The notes under the pieces: generated by a model | The model's input: only the letters and a program-made list of their open reading frames with translations | Told to the model about the DNA's origin: nothing | The model's database searches: none | Made by a program: the position numbers and the translations under genes | Source of the DNA: Phoronis australis | Taxonomy: Eukaryota; Animalia; Phoronida | Length of the DNA stretch: 64,000 bases | Assembly (NCBI GenBank): GCA_002633005.1 | Contig: NMRA01000209.1 | Location: 1 to 64,000 of the forward strand | Direction: 5' to 3' | In this document: piece by piece, positions 38,590 through 52,455 of the stretch | How positions within the stretch are numbered: position 1 is the first letter of the stretch | How the letters are laid out: every line of letters begins with the position of its first letter

Positions 38590-40565
38590 AGATCATTCTA
38601 TCTTCAGCCACTTAAAAGCAATAATATCACTCTTGGAGCAAAGTTTTACTGTTCTGTTTAAAGTTGAATTAGTATTCACTTTCCACATAAATCAAACGTT
38701 TACCTGCTTTCATATCTGGTGGGGGTCAAATGATATAATTTCCTGTGTCCTGGCAAGTTTCAGAAAAAAAATGCTACGTTTGACAATCGAGATACATAAT
38801 TGCATAAATGAAAGGGGAGGTTTTAATGTTTATTCGTGGATTACAAGAAAGCATTTGATTGGTTTGAAGGACTGGCTTAAAATAAAAGCTTATATAATAC
38901 GATGTAATTGGAATAACTATTGTATAAAATATAAGAGAATATGTTTGATGAAAGTGCATAATCACGAGGTACAAGTCTGGAAATGTCATGGTTTAATTTT
39001 TCTGTACACTTAGAGGAAAACAAGGTTGCCAGTTATCTGCATGTTGTACACATTATTTATCACTCATGTAGAAACGCATATGGTGAAGGACCTAGTTTCT
39101 ATTGTCACTGGTAGTATGTTAAACTTGTATTCTTTGTTGTTTGCTCACAGCTATCAACTTAGAAATAGCGATAAATCATTTAGCATAGTTTTGCTGAATG
39201 GACCTGCAATTGTCAGCAAATTTGCCAATTCTGCATATCAAATTTGCCAAAGAGAAATATTATTGTATCCATTGGGTCACACATTATGAAAAGTCAATGG
39301 TTTCTTAAACGAAATACAATTGAAGTCACACCAGACTATTATTTGATATTAATCTTACCCCTAATGGGATATAAGGACAGGTGCTGAAACAGTGTATCAG
39401 AACAATTATTGAAAACACTATTTTCTGCTAAATTCGTTTATGTCAAAATGTACTAACATACGACTTGAGATGTGGCTCAAATTATTTGACTCTAAGATAG
39501 CACCTATTGTTCTCTGTGCACTACAAATTTTTGGTCACCAAATGGATGACGATACTGAAGTTATGCATAACAAATTTTGTAAACTTGTGTTGCATTTAGG
39601 AAGAATGGCACCCAACTTTGACCAGCAGTGAATTGGGAAGAACAAATGTGAGAACACATAGATTATTAAAAATGATAAAATATTGCTTTAAAATTTTGAA
39701 ATTTTCGGTAGATAAGTATGTTCAGGTATGCCATTCTTATAAATACGAGACGGCTAAGTTAGGTAAAGACTGCAGGGCACTTAGTTTAAAATATTTTCAG
39801 ATGCTTTTAGTGTTGGCTCGTGCTCTCATGGGAATGGAAGTGAGGCTGCATTTTTTGTCTAAAGCCCGGATATAATGCTCACTACGGTTTCCGGGCTGAA
39901 TTTTATTGCATTATGTTTTTGCTTATGTCTTAAAAAACTGCATTTAAACGTTAACTTTTTAAACAGCTTTGTAATGACATTGAACATCAGATGTCGTAGG
40001 AAAGTGTATCATAAAGCAGTTAGATGTACTCATGTATATAGATTATTCAAGTCTACTCTGACGTTAGAACATTAAGTTTCAAACATAAAATGAACTGCTC
40101 ACAGAAAAATGCCGCGTTGATTTCAATGTTTTAATCAGTTTAGAGAGAGGAGAATATGTCATTGTTGTGAAATGAGATTTATTGAGAGTGAATGCCGTTT
40201 TTTTGTTAAGTATGCCCTTTGTACTTGGACCATCAAGGAAAATTTGCCATTCCAAATTCTGTAAAACGTGTACCACTTGCTTTAGGGTCGCTTGATGAGT
40301 TCACATTCATACATTAATGATATGATCAATGCAACAAACTTCCTAGTGAATGCAGAGAAACGGAGATGCTGTGTATTACATGCAGATTTGATTTGTATTT
40401 TTTTTCGTCTGTGCATTTTGTGTGTACGTTGTGCAGTATGTTTATTTCTGTGAAATAGGCCGGTGACCTACCTGGATGCAACTGCGTACTTCTATGACAT
40501 ATTATGTTATAAAAGTCCATGATAAAACCATTTTATGGAAAGATTGAATAAATAACAAAACGAAA
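38590..40565 (+). mobile_element. Highly degenerate L2/Crack-type LINE (ORF2 3' part)
   Basis: WLKLFDSKIAPIVL...MHNKFCKLVL...ELGR...KMIKYCFKIL and YRLFKSTLTLEH match the post-RT region of L2-group LINEs. It ends in gaataaataacaaaa. The 5' boundary is approximate. Confidence 0.7.
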
Positions 40566-42499
40566 GAGCCCCTCCTAGTTGCTAGCTGATCTAGGATATT
40601 ACATAGAATGCCCAGCGGCAAAATCTGAAGAAACCATTAATCTCGTTAACCCTACAAACAAAATGTCGGTGATGAATTCTTCTGTGTTTGTTTTCTTAAA
40701 AGTTGTTTACTGCATATGTTACTACTTTGTGACCTTATTCATGACAAGGGCATATGGCCTCGTGGCATCAATGCAAAAAGGCGGCCAATGAGGTTGTTTG
40801 ATGAGACCATGTGATTTTTTTAGCCAATGGTTCTTTAACAGAATTATCATGATTTAGCCAGCAATTTAAGAAAATTTCAGATGGAATTTGGCAGTGTTGC
40901 TCGTAGGATTTGCTTCAGTATACTGAAAAATTAGTAGCCTACAAGGCATCATAGAAGGTTGCGAAACGTCAACTTATAGGAAGGTCGATGAATACATACA
41001 TGTACATGTATGAGCGTTGATCGAGTTTGTATGGGTAACGGGATACCACCGACACCACCGTTTTGCGTCTCGAAAGATTGTGACCACCAAGGTATATTGT
41101 GTATACATTGGACTGTCGTGGAAGCCTGTGAACAATTAGTTCTAGAGGTGGCCAGCAGGGTCGTCGCGAAAAAAATCCGAACCAGAGCTTAAATTTGTTA
41201 ATGGTGATTCATTTGAAGTGTTCTCTATAGAGGGCGCCAGAGTAGTTACGTGTCGTTGTTAGTGCTATAATTTTGCAATAACGATTATTTTAATTAGTGT
41301 GTTTTACATAATAAAATGGTAACCGGATCTCGTCTTTCCTTTCCATCCACTCACAATCACAAATCATAAGCTACGTGTACCTTTTAAAAAGATCCACTCA
41401 GTCCAGTCTGCCCAGTCGCGTCCGCAGGGAGGACCTGAACCCTTAGGCCATCCTAAGTCCGCTTGTGAGTTCAAACATGGTCTGAGTCAATTTTTGTGGG
41501 AAAATGTTATCTACAATTCTCAAAAAAACACTATGTCCACATGAACAAAAAATTACACTTTTCCTTCTGTAGCATACCCCTTTCTGTCGCTGTCTTGAAT
41601 AAGTTATGGTTAGTCCACTTGTTGGGTATGGAATAGCTGTAATATATCCAAATGATTAAGTTCAGGCCCACTCTGTTCATTACTTAAGATGTCCACAAAC
41701 CTACCTGGAACTTCGGGTGACAAATGTGAAATAAGTGGTGTACATTATTTCGTGACCGTAGTTTTGTGGCCCGCGAGGCTTCGAAGTCAATCGTAATACG
41801 CTACAAAATTTGTATGAGAGTAAAAGGTCTACATTGGTTTTCTTTTCCAGCCAGCTAAACACGACAAAAAGGTGCCAACATAATCTGTTACATGTGAATA
41901 AACTTTAAACAGGGTATTGAACTTGACGCTTTGTCTATCAAACGTTTCGTGTATGTGCGCATGCGCCTAACTCACAGCCACCCGGGCTGACATTCAGGGT
42001 CACGGAGTTGACACATACACGTACGGTGTAAATTGAAGAAAAATGTCTTTTGGAAATGTTCGCTAAGTAATCGAAACTAAATTTTTTTTCCAAGCTTTCC
42101 CCAAACCGAAACTGCACATGAATTCACCAATATTTAAACCTGTATATTGTAGAATCGCCGTCTTCGTTGCTAATTTCTATAGTCATTCATTAGTACCTGG
42201 ATTCGATTGTGTGGTGAATATTTCTTGAGAGTTTCTGGAAGAGTAAAACATCGCTGTGTAAGAAATTCAAAACCAGGTGGTTTTAGTTAAACGCGCCAGA
42301 GTCGGATTCGGAAATCGAACAGCGACAGCCATAGTCCGACGACGATACAGACCAAAGTGACGGTGAAATCTCTTTCCACTGAGTTGCTGTAGCAGGCTAT
42401 CAGTTCGAACACACAGAAAAAGGAAAATAACTCTATTCAAGTTGAGAATGACGCCGTGAGGGAGCTTGGTATGTTTGCCTGACTGCGTCATACGCTTTA

Positions 42500-42673
42500 T
42501 CCGACCAGACCTCCAAATGAGGCATTCACAACAATACAACATTTTCTGATTTTCACTTGACATGCTCTTCTTCATGCATTGACCCTAGGGAATCGATGGC
42601 ATGGTACTCCGATCGAGCGTGGGTCTCTGTAACAAGTGCAGCCGGGAATGCAACAAATCGAGACATGACTCAT
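42500..42673 (-). pseudogene. Third THAP-domain relic, with an internal stop (not in the ORF track)
   Basis: Manual translation MSHVSICCIPGCTCYRDPRSIGVPCHRFPRVNA*RRACQVKIRK shows the C-x4-C and HRFP motifs. Confidence 0.65.
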
Positions 42674-44025
42674 ATTATACGAAATCAGACTCAGTACGTT
42701 CGAGGACTCCGTGCTTCCGCGCATTGGTCTCAGGAGCGTCAATGACCGATTCGATCTGTCGTTGGATTACAAATACCTGTATAACAATTTCCAGTTTGAA
42801 GAACGTCCACGAATTATTCACCTTGATTTCAAATACACAAGTTGAATGGCGAACGATTTGGCTACGAAGACGGCGAATTTGCAAGATAGGGTTGAGACCA
42901 GAGATCGATTGGCTGGTCTTGTCGAAATCATGAATTCAACAAAAACCTTTGCTACCACTCTGGCTCAGGACACCTGACAAAACAGCATAACTTTCAGAAT
43001 GAAATTCAGTGAAGCCATAACTTGGTACACCCATCGTAAAAATAAGGTACCAAAAATGACCAAAAAAATACAAATTTTGAATGTATCTCCCCAAAATCAT
43101 AAATTCACGACTGACCCGGTTCCAGAGAGTAGACAAGAATTCAAACACCCTTGACCTCTAGACTCCGGAAAGCTTGCATATGTCTTTACCAACCGATTTT
43201 TTCCAGTTCCCATTTGTCAGTAGGGTAGTAGGCCTACCTGTATTTGTAGGAAATGATACCACTTGAAGATAAAAGTGATTTAAACAAAATCGCAGAACTT
43301 CCATATCCACGTAAGACACAGCAAAAGTTAAATGTGTGCACTTTTTTGCTCAACATAACTCGAAAGAACTATGGACCATTCGCGGAAATCATTGCCAATT
43401 TACTACACATAATTGCCATAAAACTTGGACCATCCCATTTTTAAAATGTTGATGAAACTATAATGGCCCGAAGCTACACAGTCCCGAAACGTGGCTTGGA
43501 GCTGCAGAATATAAAATGGCGGTGGATTCATTTCCGGTTTTAGAAAAGCTTGAATTTCGACAAGTTTTACGGAGAGCGGTGTCCATTTACTTATAAGAAG
43601 TCATTTTATATCCTATTATTTACCCAAAGCGTCCAATACTATACCAGAATTCTCTTTTAAATTATAATAACACCATGCAGTTGATAGCAATATAGTCCTT
43701 TCGCCTTGCGTCGCGCCCCAGGCCAAATCCTGCAATAAACACCCCAGTCTGTGAGAGATGCGAACTAAGGGGCATTGCAACAATAGGAAGACTAAGTTGC
43801 AATAACGGTCGCTCTTGCTGGCAGGTATCAAGCTCAGTGGCGGATTAATTGCTGGCCCTAAGCTGTAAGGTTTGGAAGATATCATCAATGCATGAAAGAC
43901 GTGTTTGTAACTGTGCCCGTATAATGGTATTATTTTGCTAAAAACTGTACATTCGGCCTATGGCATTGGGTAGGTCTGTTTCAAACAATTAGAAACTAGC
44001 CTATAGGTCTAGCAAACGGACTTTG

Positions 44026-45018
44026 CATGGCATAAAAACAACGACGGATTTAAACGGGATTGACGTGTTTTGGCGTTTTCCATAAAACACCATCTTCAGA
44101 ACCAAAAACAGCAGCCACCTTGCTAGGCCCAACAAGTAATGATACACAGACACAGTCAGTTACAAGGGAGCAACAATAGACTAGACTAACAATGAAAACC
44201 TGTGGTGTGCCAGTTGCCTATTAAGACTGGGCCTCACGAATTTTCAGCTCCTTTGTTGTTTCTGCTTGGTCTATCAGAGCAAAATCTTTGAGAGAGCATT
44301 GCCCCTTACAATGATTGGATCTCTGCAGACGAATGTAAAGTAAACCTGATGGTATTCATCCTGTAGACAAAACTAACTACAAATACAATAAAATACATGT
44401 ATCCTATGTTGGTTTTTACGCCAAGATTGTTCAACAAGAACTCAACAAATTGGTGAATTATTACTGTGTTAACTTAAGAGTTGTATATTCAAGTCTCAAA
44501 AACTGTCCAATTTATTTTACCCTAAGGACAAAATTCTCATGGATTTACGGCCTAGGTTAGTGTACAAATTTATCTGTGCTAGTTGTGGCTTCAGCTATAT
44601 AGGCGAAACTGTGGCCATCTGAAAACGCGGACAAGAGAACATCTAAATTCTTACAGAGGTTCACATATTAATATTTACTTGCGGAGCTTCAATCACTGTT
44701 TTCAGCAATGCTCTTTCAATGACTTTGACTTGATAGGGCAAGAAGAAACAACAAAGGAGCTATACATTCGTGAGGCTCTACACAACAAGCCCAGCCTCAA
44801 TAGGCAACTGGCACTCCACAGGATGTCAATGGTGGTAGTCTAGTCTATTGTTAACTCTCCTGAACAACTGACTTTATCTGTGTACCATTACTTGTTGCTG
44901 GCGCTAGCTAGGTGGCCACTGTTTTTTCTTCTGATGATGGTGTTTTAATAAACGTCGAAACATGTCAAGCGTGTTTAAATCCTTCGTTGTTGAACATATG
45001 TTGCTTTTTGCTGTCATG
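44026..45018 (+). mobile_element. Penelope-like retroelement relic: GIY-YIG endonuclease with inverted pseudo-LTR
   Basis: KDKILMDLRPRLVYKFICASCGFSYIGET..LKTRTREHL (GIY-YIG, frameshifted). 44030-44305 is an inverted copy of about 44705-44995. Confidence 0.88.
44928..44969 (+). ncRNA. Minimal type I hammerhead ribozyme motif in the Penelope pLTR
   Basis: ctt-CTGATGA-tggtgttttaataaacgtc-GAAA-catg-TC-aag. The inverted copy at about 44059-44101 reads CTGAAGA-t-ggtgtttt-atgg-aaaacgcc-AAAA-cacg-TC. Confidence 0.7.
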
Positions 45019-45430
45019 GAGATACGTTGCATGACACCGTTCCAACAAGGACTCCACTTTGTTCCTAAATGTTTAGCTTTGGCTTTACCCAGTGATGCAT
45101 TTTTCTGTCACTTCAGCTTTTACTTGTGACATTCGAATCATTTTTCCGAAACTTAAGCCCTTAATTGTAAATAAATAGGGAACTTTTCGTGCAACGCCCA
45201 AAGTTTACTTTCGGTAAGCATCTACATGTACTCTAAAGCGTGACGTACACCATTGAGCAACGCCGATAACATAGTAGAAGAATGAACAATCAATCCACAA
45301 ATGCGTTTGAAATTTGGGGAACGTTGGCTGCTCCCCATTTGAAGTGTTTCATGCAACCTGCAGCAAGAGCCGTTATGCCAAAATTCTTAATTTTCGAGTA
45401 AGTTTGTTTAGCCGTTCACCCAATACTCTG

Positions 45431-46019
45431 TATGAAACGCCAAGGGTTCTCAAACGAGAAACCTTTCTGTGCGTTGAATTGTATTTAAACAACGAGTAGT
45501 TTAGCTTAATCAACGAGCTGAATTAGCTCTTAAAAGATCGTCGTTCTTCTCTAATACAACGCGGACGTTTGATCAATCAACGCGTAGTTTTGCTCATCCA
45601 ACGCGTAGTTATGCTTCATCAACGCGTTGAATTAGTTCTTAAACGATCATAGTTTTGCTCTTATTCAACGCGCAATTTTGCTTAATCAACGCGTAAGATT
45701 GTTTAATCATCGCACTTAATTGGTTATTCGTTACATTGTATGTCTTATCAAAGCTTAGAATCAGTACGTAACGGCGCCGTCATTTACTTGGTCACTTCAT
45801 AACAATCTGCAACATTCTTCAAAAGTTACCTTGCACCCATGTAAAAAGTCTTCTGCCATTTTGAGAGTTGAGGGCACGGGTGCGATTGGACTATATGACC
45901 AATTATAAATACGGGTTGAATAAGCAATAGTGCGCGTTGATTAAGCAAAACTGTGCGTTGGTTAATCACAATTTGACGCACAGAGACGTACTGGATTATG
46001 AACCCTTTGGCGCTCCATA
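45431..46019. mobile_element. IS3EU-like non-autonomous DNA transposon with a 6-bp TSD
   Basis: TIRs tatgaaacgccaagggttc / gaaccctttggcgctccata. Exact ACTCTG duplication on both flanks. Inverted subterminal ttaatcaacgcg arrays. Confidence 0.8.
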
Positions 46020-46180
46020 ACTCTGCAAACATGGCGTCTTTAAAATATTTCACTGGCTACAGGTGTTGGTGAGCCAGAGCCACCTTCGTCCATAATTAAC
46101 CTTCTAACCTCTCATACCCCCACTTGTTGCCTGTTCTTAACGACATTCTATCACCGTAGAACGTACTTTTACAGATTAAT

Positions 46181-46293
46181 ACGGGTTATCCCACATACAT
46201 AAGAACACTACTGTCTCGTTGGGACAGTCCCAGGTGAAATGCATTCGAGATAGGATATCGCAGTAGTATTCCTATGTATTTGGGATAACCTGT
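46181..46293. repeat. Short foldback with a 33-bp inverted repeat
   Basis: acgggttatcccacatacataagaacactactg versus cagtagtattcctatgtatttgggataacctgt. Confidence 0.85.
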
Positions 46294-46786
46294 TTATCAC
46301 ATATATATGGACTTGTTTGCATCATCGTGGCAATAACTTGTTGCCGTGTGACCCGGCTTGTTGTTCTACGACGTCATGTGTACATGTCAAGTACGGCGCC
46401 CAAGCCGTTAAGCGACAAGACAATCTGTGAAAGTGTTGAATAACCAGAAAAATTGTGTTTCATAATAAATTGATCAGAATTTTTAGTTTGTGAAATATAC
46501 AAGTTAAAGCACTGAATCATTCAATAATACCAAAAGTTTGTCGGAAACTTAGAAACAAGCCATCCGGGAATATAAAACTTGAAACATTCCCTGAACCGAG
46601 TTGTCTACAACAGTGTGTCGTTTTAGGTTCGAGGAATTTCTTTGGCGTTGCACACGCGAATTTACTCGACGAGGAGACCGCTCACCAACCGTGAAATACG
46701 ACCTCTACCGTCGTATACCATTGGCTCTACTTTCCCGTATTTCATAGTTGATAACGTGACGTATACAACCTCCGTCTTTTGACGTA

Positions 46787-47533
46787 TATGGAATAAATGC
46801 ACAAAACGTAAGGAGAGTGGCGTACATGAAGTAATATCCTATGAGACATTATTCCGCGTGTCGACCGAGACCCGACCGAAGAATAATCTCGAGTGGGGAC
46901 TTCATGTACGCCAATCGAGGTACGTTTCATATTTATCCCATGTGCTTCGAATTCCTATCTTTCATTTTTTTTCGGCAGATTTTAAATACTTCACTCAGAC
47001 TTTTCACATCGCAGATCACATCCGATATGTATGTACTTGCGAGGTAGGTTGCAAGTTTTCTGAAGTAAAAGAAACAGTTCTAAATATAACGATCTATTAC
47101 TTGACAAGAGATTACAGCGATGAAAACAATGGTAACTGTACATTGAACTTGTAAATCTCCTGAAATTAGTTGAATAACAAAAATATTTGATGCTGCAGTT
47201 ACCGAGGATTCGTCACCTAAGTTGCAGACGATACAATATTTAGCAATTGAAAACAGAGGCAGAAGTGTCATAAAATTAACAGCTTTGTACCAGATGTTAC
47301 GTTTGGGGCCTGATTGCATGTCGAGTGTTATTTATACTGCTGCAACTGTATTACTGTAATACATTCGTAAAGTTTGATGATCGAACCGGCTAAAGACGTC
47401 AAGTCGACATTGACCTACCTTTTGAACTTCCATGTCAGAGGTCACTGTTGAAGTAGTGCGGGAGGTAAATACAAGAAACATTTATTTATTACATGGCCGT
47501 ATTGCACTCGACAGTTTCAATGCGTATGGGATA
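46787..47533. mobile_element. Copy 2 of the 12925-13685 element
   Basis: Colinear similarity (e.g. aaagtttgatgatcgaaccggct, gcgtatgggataa). The hairpin apex is partly deleted. Confidence 0.8.
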
Positions 47534-49568
47534 ATACGCAATGATGTGAAAAGGGTTTCTGAGAATTTAACTGAATTACTTTTACATGAACGTCAAATTA
47601 TTAGTCAGAATCTAACTTTTCTGTTGATTATACTTATTTGCAACTTATGAAAATGTCAATTTTCGTGAATATTTTCAAAAATTATCGTTATGGTTGGAAG
47701 TAATAAGTAAGTTTTGTTTTGTTTTGTTTTTCATAACTACCCTTGGCAATACTAATATTAAAACTGCTTTTGCCTGCCAAGCGATTTCAACTACGTGGCA
47801 AATCTTGATCGCTCATTTCCAGACCTTTGTATTTTTGATACAAAATTTGCAAATTTGTTTTACTTTCTTTAGCGCTTAGTAGATTTGGAAAAGTGCGAAT
47901 TTAGACTCATAGCCTATGACCGGGGGAAGCGTGTCTTGGGTTTGCTACAAGAGTTTGCCATGATATAACGGGGTTATCAGCTGTTCTCAAATGCATGGAG
48001 ATGGTTTCTAAAATACGTTTTGATTCTGACATTTCCGTTGGATGAGGTTACACAAGTCCTTTTTTACAAATCATTATTGACTGAGAGAGCCGGACGTACA
48101 TGTACACATGCAAAGTTTCAATTCACTGACGAAGTTGTCATCGAGATAAGTTTAACACTATTTATATGCAAGTGAATGTAGTGTAGGTTTTTTGTACATT
48201 CAAGAAAGTTTAGTAAAGTAATGTCTTAGAAGGATCATTGTGAACAGCTGCCTAGGCATACGCAAGTTCACATCAAGAGCGTCTAATACGGGCATGAAAA
48301 AAGTAACCCGTAAAACTTGTTTCCCAGAAAAACAATTCTTCAACAACGTCAACTGCGTTAGTAAGTTTCACTATTTTGTTTCATATGCGGTTACTTTTTA
48401 CATGTATCTCGGTCATCCCAATCATTTGGTTTCAATCAACGTAGTCTCACATTTTCTAAATAAAACATTACTTTGGGGCCCCGTGACTGCAAGGAAAGGC
48501 TCGATTGTATTTTGTACCGGGAACTATACTTTATGATGCTTCAACAATAGCTATACGAAAAAAAAACCTCGCCACGTTTCACACCAAGATAGCAGCTGCA
48601 CCCAAACACACAAGAAAGATCACACACACCCTGGTATAATTTTAAAAGTGCGCCCCGCGTCATTGGGATGAAAATATTTTCTTTGGAGCACTGGGATTGC
48701 ATAACTCGAACCAAGCGACGAAATAAAATTGGAAACGAAAGAGGACAAACAACTAATACAGCTCACAGGTATCTCAAATTGGCCCGTAGACTTAATTGAG
48801 GCTGTGTGGGTTAATTCACCTATATCCTCGTTTTTCTTAAATGATCACTGCACACCCAACCAACCTTCAGAAGAATTTTACAAAAATTTAACAATACAGG
48901 CACATGCTCTCGCCTGGGTGCCCTAACCTAAAGTAAACAATGATCCTTCGAATGCACTCACGATATGTCTGTTATGTTCGCACTCGCATTTTGTTATTCT
49001 GGGCATGCCCATTGTGAATGTGAGCAGATAATTTTCATAGATTTTCTGTTTATTAGGCATTTTGTTTGTGCGTTTAAAGTCAGGTGTAGGTCTTATTAAC
49101 ATTATACATATGTCTCAATCTGTTAACGACATTACATGTATAAGTCGAGCCGACAGTGAACAGGATATAACGTTTACGTTTATCTTCCTACGGGATGTTA
49201 AAGCGACCAAAGGGCTGGGGCAGATGGAAAACTGTTGTGTCGTGGGGTATCACTGCTATCACCAGGCGTGCAGGTGGAGATGAAAATAGTGTCAACGGTG
49301 GATGGATAGGAGTGAAACTAGTAATTAGACCTCAGTCAAGGCCCAACTGCGTGGTGACGGAGGCAAACTTCATTAGAGTCTACCCGGGTGGGGGGAGTCG
49401 AGTTTACATTTGCTCCCTCACCAAAGCAACCCTTTCATCACCATCGTAGCACTAGGTGTAGTTCCACTGGTTGTGGTATGTCATAGTAATGGTACTCGCA
49501 ACGGTAGTCTTTGGAAAATCATTCCGTTTCACCTTACCTTGTTCTTTTGTCGCAGCTGTGAACAAAGG

Positions 49569-49815
49569 CACGCGTGCACCCAGCCTTTAATATGAGGGCC
49601 TCGACTTTCCGACGATGTGGACCTTTTACTGATAAAAAAGCGGGAGGACTAAAATACGGGGTACCACGGTCAGTGCTGTGAATTGTGTGTTGCGCCTTTT
49701 TAGTGGACTTTTGTCTCGTTTTATCGGACTTTTTGTTTCTCTGAGGCGGACCTTTGCTTCGCCAAATGGGCGGACTCGTTCGAGCCCCCCGAGCACCTCC
49801 CTGGGTGCGCACATG
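49569..49815. mobile_element. MITE with 15-bp imperfect TIRs
   Basis: cacgcgtgcacccag / ctgggtgcgcacatg, with internal ggac(c/t)ttt repeats. A related sequence lies at about 51400-51680 in the opposite orientation. Confidence 0.65.
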
Positions 49816-50544
49816 AAAGATCACCTGCCTAGTATACAGTATAAGAACAAGGCTCCGAAGCTCAAGTTTTGCTCCAAATCCAAACATTTGCTGGATGCCT
49901 TTTGCCACAGGATTTTGACTTCATTTCATGACAAATCGCACCGTTTAGCTCAATAATTAAAGACTACTAGTGCAAGAAATCTGTGTTTGTTTGCCGTGCG
50001 CTATAGACCCTATTCACGCCGACATGAGGCGCGTTCCAAAACGAGGCTCGCCACGATAGCTCTGGTGGCTTATCCGCGTAGTTGTAGTCCGCGTTGCTCG
50101 AACAGCTAGAAACAATACGGACAATCTGTTTTACAATCCCTAAGGACTTTGGGATTCGGAAGCGTTGGGTCCTTGCCATACGCCGCGACGAAGGAAAATA
50201 TGTCCGTGTAAAATTTATAACTGTTTTCGAATCATAATTTGTCGCATCTTGGACTGGATGCCGCCATATAGCAACGAGGACCGGAGAATCTTCGACCAGC
50301 CAGGCTGTGTTTTCATGACTATGGGTTGAAGAGCGATGCATTTTTCTTTACAAAAAGGACAGGGCCCTCAATCCTTCAATTTTGGGGCCTATATATCGGC
50401 CCTATTCCCCTTTCAAAAATATTGAAAAAACACGCGAAATTCCCGGCCACGAGGCCTAAAAATCCCCTTTGTGATTGAAAATTTCTCTCCAACGGTTCAA
50501 ATCACCTGTGACAACAGAGGTGACAATTTGAACATGTACTAAAT

Positions 50545-50860
50545 CATAGGCGGATTTAGGGAGGGTGGACACAGGCCCGCCCCCAACCCCTTGACTGCCG
50601 CAAGCAAAATAAATCAGCAAAACGTGAAGCCGGACGACTTGTACTGAGTTCGAGCTAGGAATGGTAGCGGACGAGGGGGGAAACACGTTCCGTTTTATTT
50701 TTTTAGTCCAACGACAGATTTCCTGAGCAGAAGGTATTCATCCTCGGCGCCCGCAACTTCCGGGCCACCTACGTGCATACAATCGCGCTTTGCCCGCTTC
50801 TCCGAGGATGTCGGCCGCCTCCCCTCACTAGGCCTATATGGTATCCTAGATCAGCCACTG
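50545..50860. mobile_element. MITE (CA.GGCGGAT-type TIRs)
   Basis: cataggcggatttagg ... cctagatcagccactg. Confidence 0.55.
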
Positions 50861-51057
50861 AAAATGCTACTTGAGACAGAGCTATGAGAGTTTGCAAAAG
50901 GGCGGGGTGCTATTGATGGTGAGATCGGGAGGTCAGTAGTTTTCACTGACCCGTCACTAGGCGAAACGTTCCCCTCTCAGAAGGCCGCGCACACGAGGCA
51001 CCTTTCCCCTCGGATATGAACGAGACCGCTGAAGAAGCATGATAACTGTGCTTGTTC

Positions 51058-51217
51058 CAGGGGGATCCAGGACTTTGAGTTAGGGGGGCAAGGCAGAGTA
51101 TTAGCCAGGATTTTGTCCGTCAGAAATTTGCGCCCCTGAACTGCCAAACGGAATCTGGGAGAATTTTAGGGGGGGGGTGGGGCATAGCCCCGTGGCTCCC
51201 CTCTAAATCCGCCACTG
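51058..51217. mobile_element. MITE, same family as 26203-26327
   Basis: Shares ggcagagtattagccag.attttg and ctctaaatccgccact with the 26.2 kb copy. Confidence 0.75.
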
Positions 51218-52089
51218 TGCTCTGTCCAGTTAACTGAAATTGAGCTCTAAAATGAGGTTATTCTTTGGACGAAAGAATTAGTGTTTCAATTTTAGAATTC
51301 AACTTGGTCGAGATTGATATTTGAAAAATATAACACGTGAAAAAGACGTAATTATTAAAACTAAGAAAGCAGAATTGATGGTCATATCATTTTTATTTTC
51401 AATTGCGGGCTCGGGGGGAGGCTCGTTCAACCCCCCCCCCTCCAATTTGGAGAATTGGGCAAAAAGGTCCGCCCCACCGAAACAAAATGTCCGAGTAAAG
51501 GAGAAAAAAGTCCACAAATCCCACAGGAATTCGGCATTCGACGCTGATGCACAGTTCGTAGGCCTGTACATAGTGGTCCCGTTTTTTTATTTCTCGTTGA
51601 TTTTTTTTTCAGTAAAAGGTCCAAAGGTCCGCACAGAGAAAATTCGAGCCGCCCTATGTTTTAGGCTGGGTGCTCGCATGAAAGGGTACGCAGTGTGACA
51701 CTTCATCAAAGGGATACAAATCTTAGACCCGTGTTTTTTATTCACAGGTTTATCACGAGCACCAAAAGCAAATTAAATCTGCCCCTTGATCAACAAGTGA
51801 CATTCTGGTTAACGAAATGAGACCCGCACCTGTGTAGGCCTACCGCAATCATCGAGCTAATAGCCGGGTCAGAAACAAAACAGGGGACTGAATCGCCAAT
51901 ACTTTGACCAGGCCGCTAAGCCCAGTGTCTGGGTCCTTGTAGCTAAACAGTGGCATCATCAGGGTCAGTGGTAGATCGTGGTGATGCTACTGTTTGTATT
52001 AGTAGTAGCAATCGCAGCGATAGTGGTGGTAAATGTAGCGGTAGAGGAAGAGTTTATGGTAGTGGTACTAGCAACCGTTGTGACAATGG

Positions 52090-52455
52090 TATACATATAC
52101 ATGTGCCTATACATGTGTACATACATGCATACATACTTGTACGTATGCAGATACAGACCTACCTTTATACACACATAAAAACATTCAAAAGTTGTGCATC
52201 TGTGAATACTTGTACATACAAGCATACATACATAGGCCTACATGTGCATACGTATTTTTTTAAATGGGCACAGCCCTAGAAATTGCGTTCGCACATATTC
52301 CAGGTTCCCATTCATTCTCTTGCTTACATTCACTAGTAAGACCGAGCTCGGAGGAGTAGGAGACACCTTTGTGCAATACTCAGTAAGGTCGGTATTCGAA
52401 CCTGGGTCTCCCAAACGGGAGTCCGGAGCTCAGACCATTGAGCCACACTGTCTCC
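52090..52455 (-). mobile_element. tRNA-derived SINE with a (TATG)n-like tail
   Basis: The minus strand reads ggagacagtgTGGCTCAATGGtctgagc...ccaGGTTCGAATACCgacc (A and B boxes), then a body and a tatg/tgta microsatellite. Confidence 0.7.

Noticed and set aside
45485-45720. Regularly spaced tcaacgcg repeats as a CRISPR or iteron array
   Set aside because: They are explained as subterminal repeats of the MITE bounded by the ACTCTG TSD.
49967-50341. 124-aa minus-strand ORF
   Set aside because: No recognisable domain or splice support, and it lies among MITE fragments.
51950-52279. Hydrophobic or low-complexity ORFs in three frames
   Set aside because: They derive from degenerate (GTA/GTG)n and (TACA)n microsatellites.
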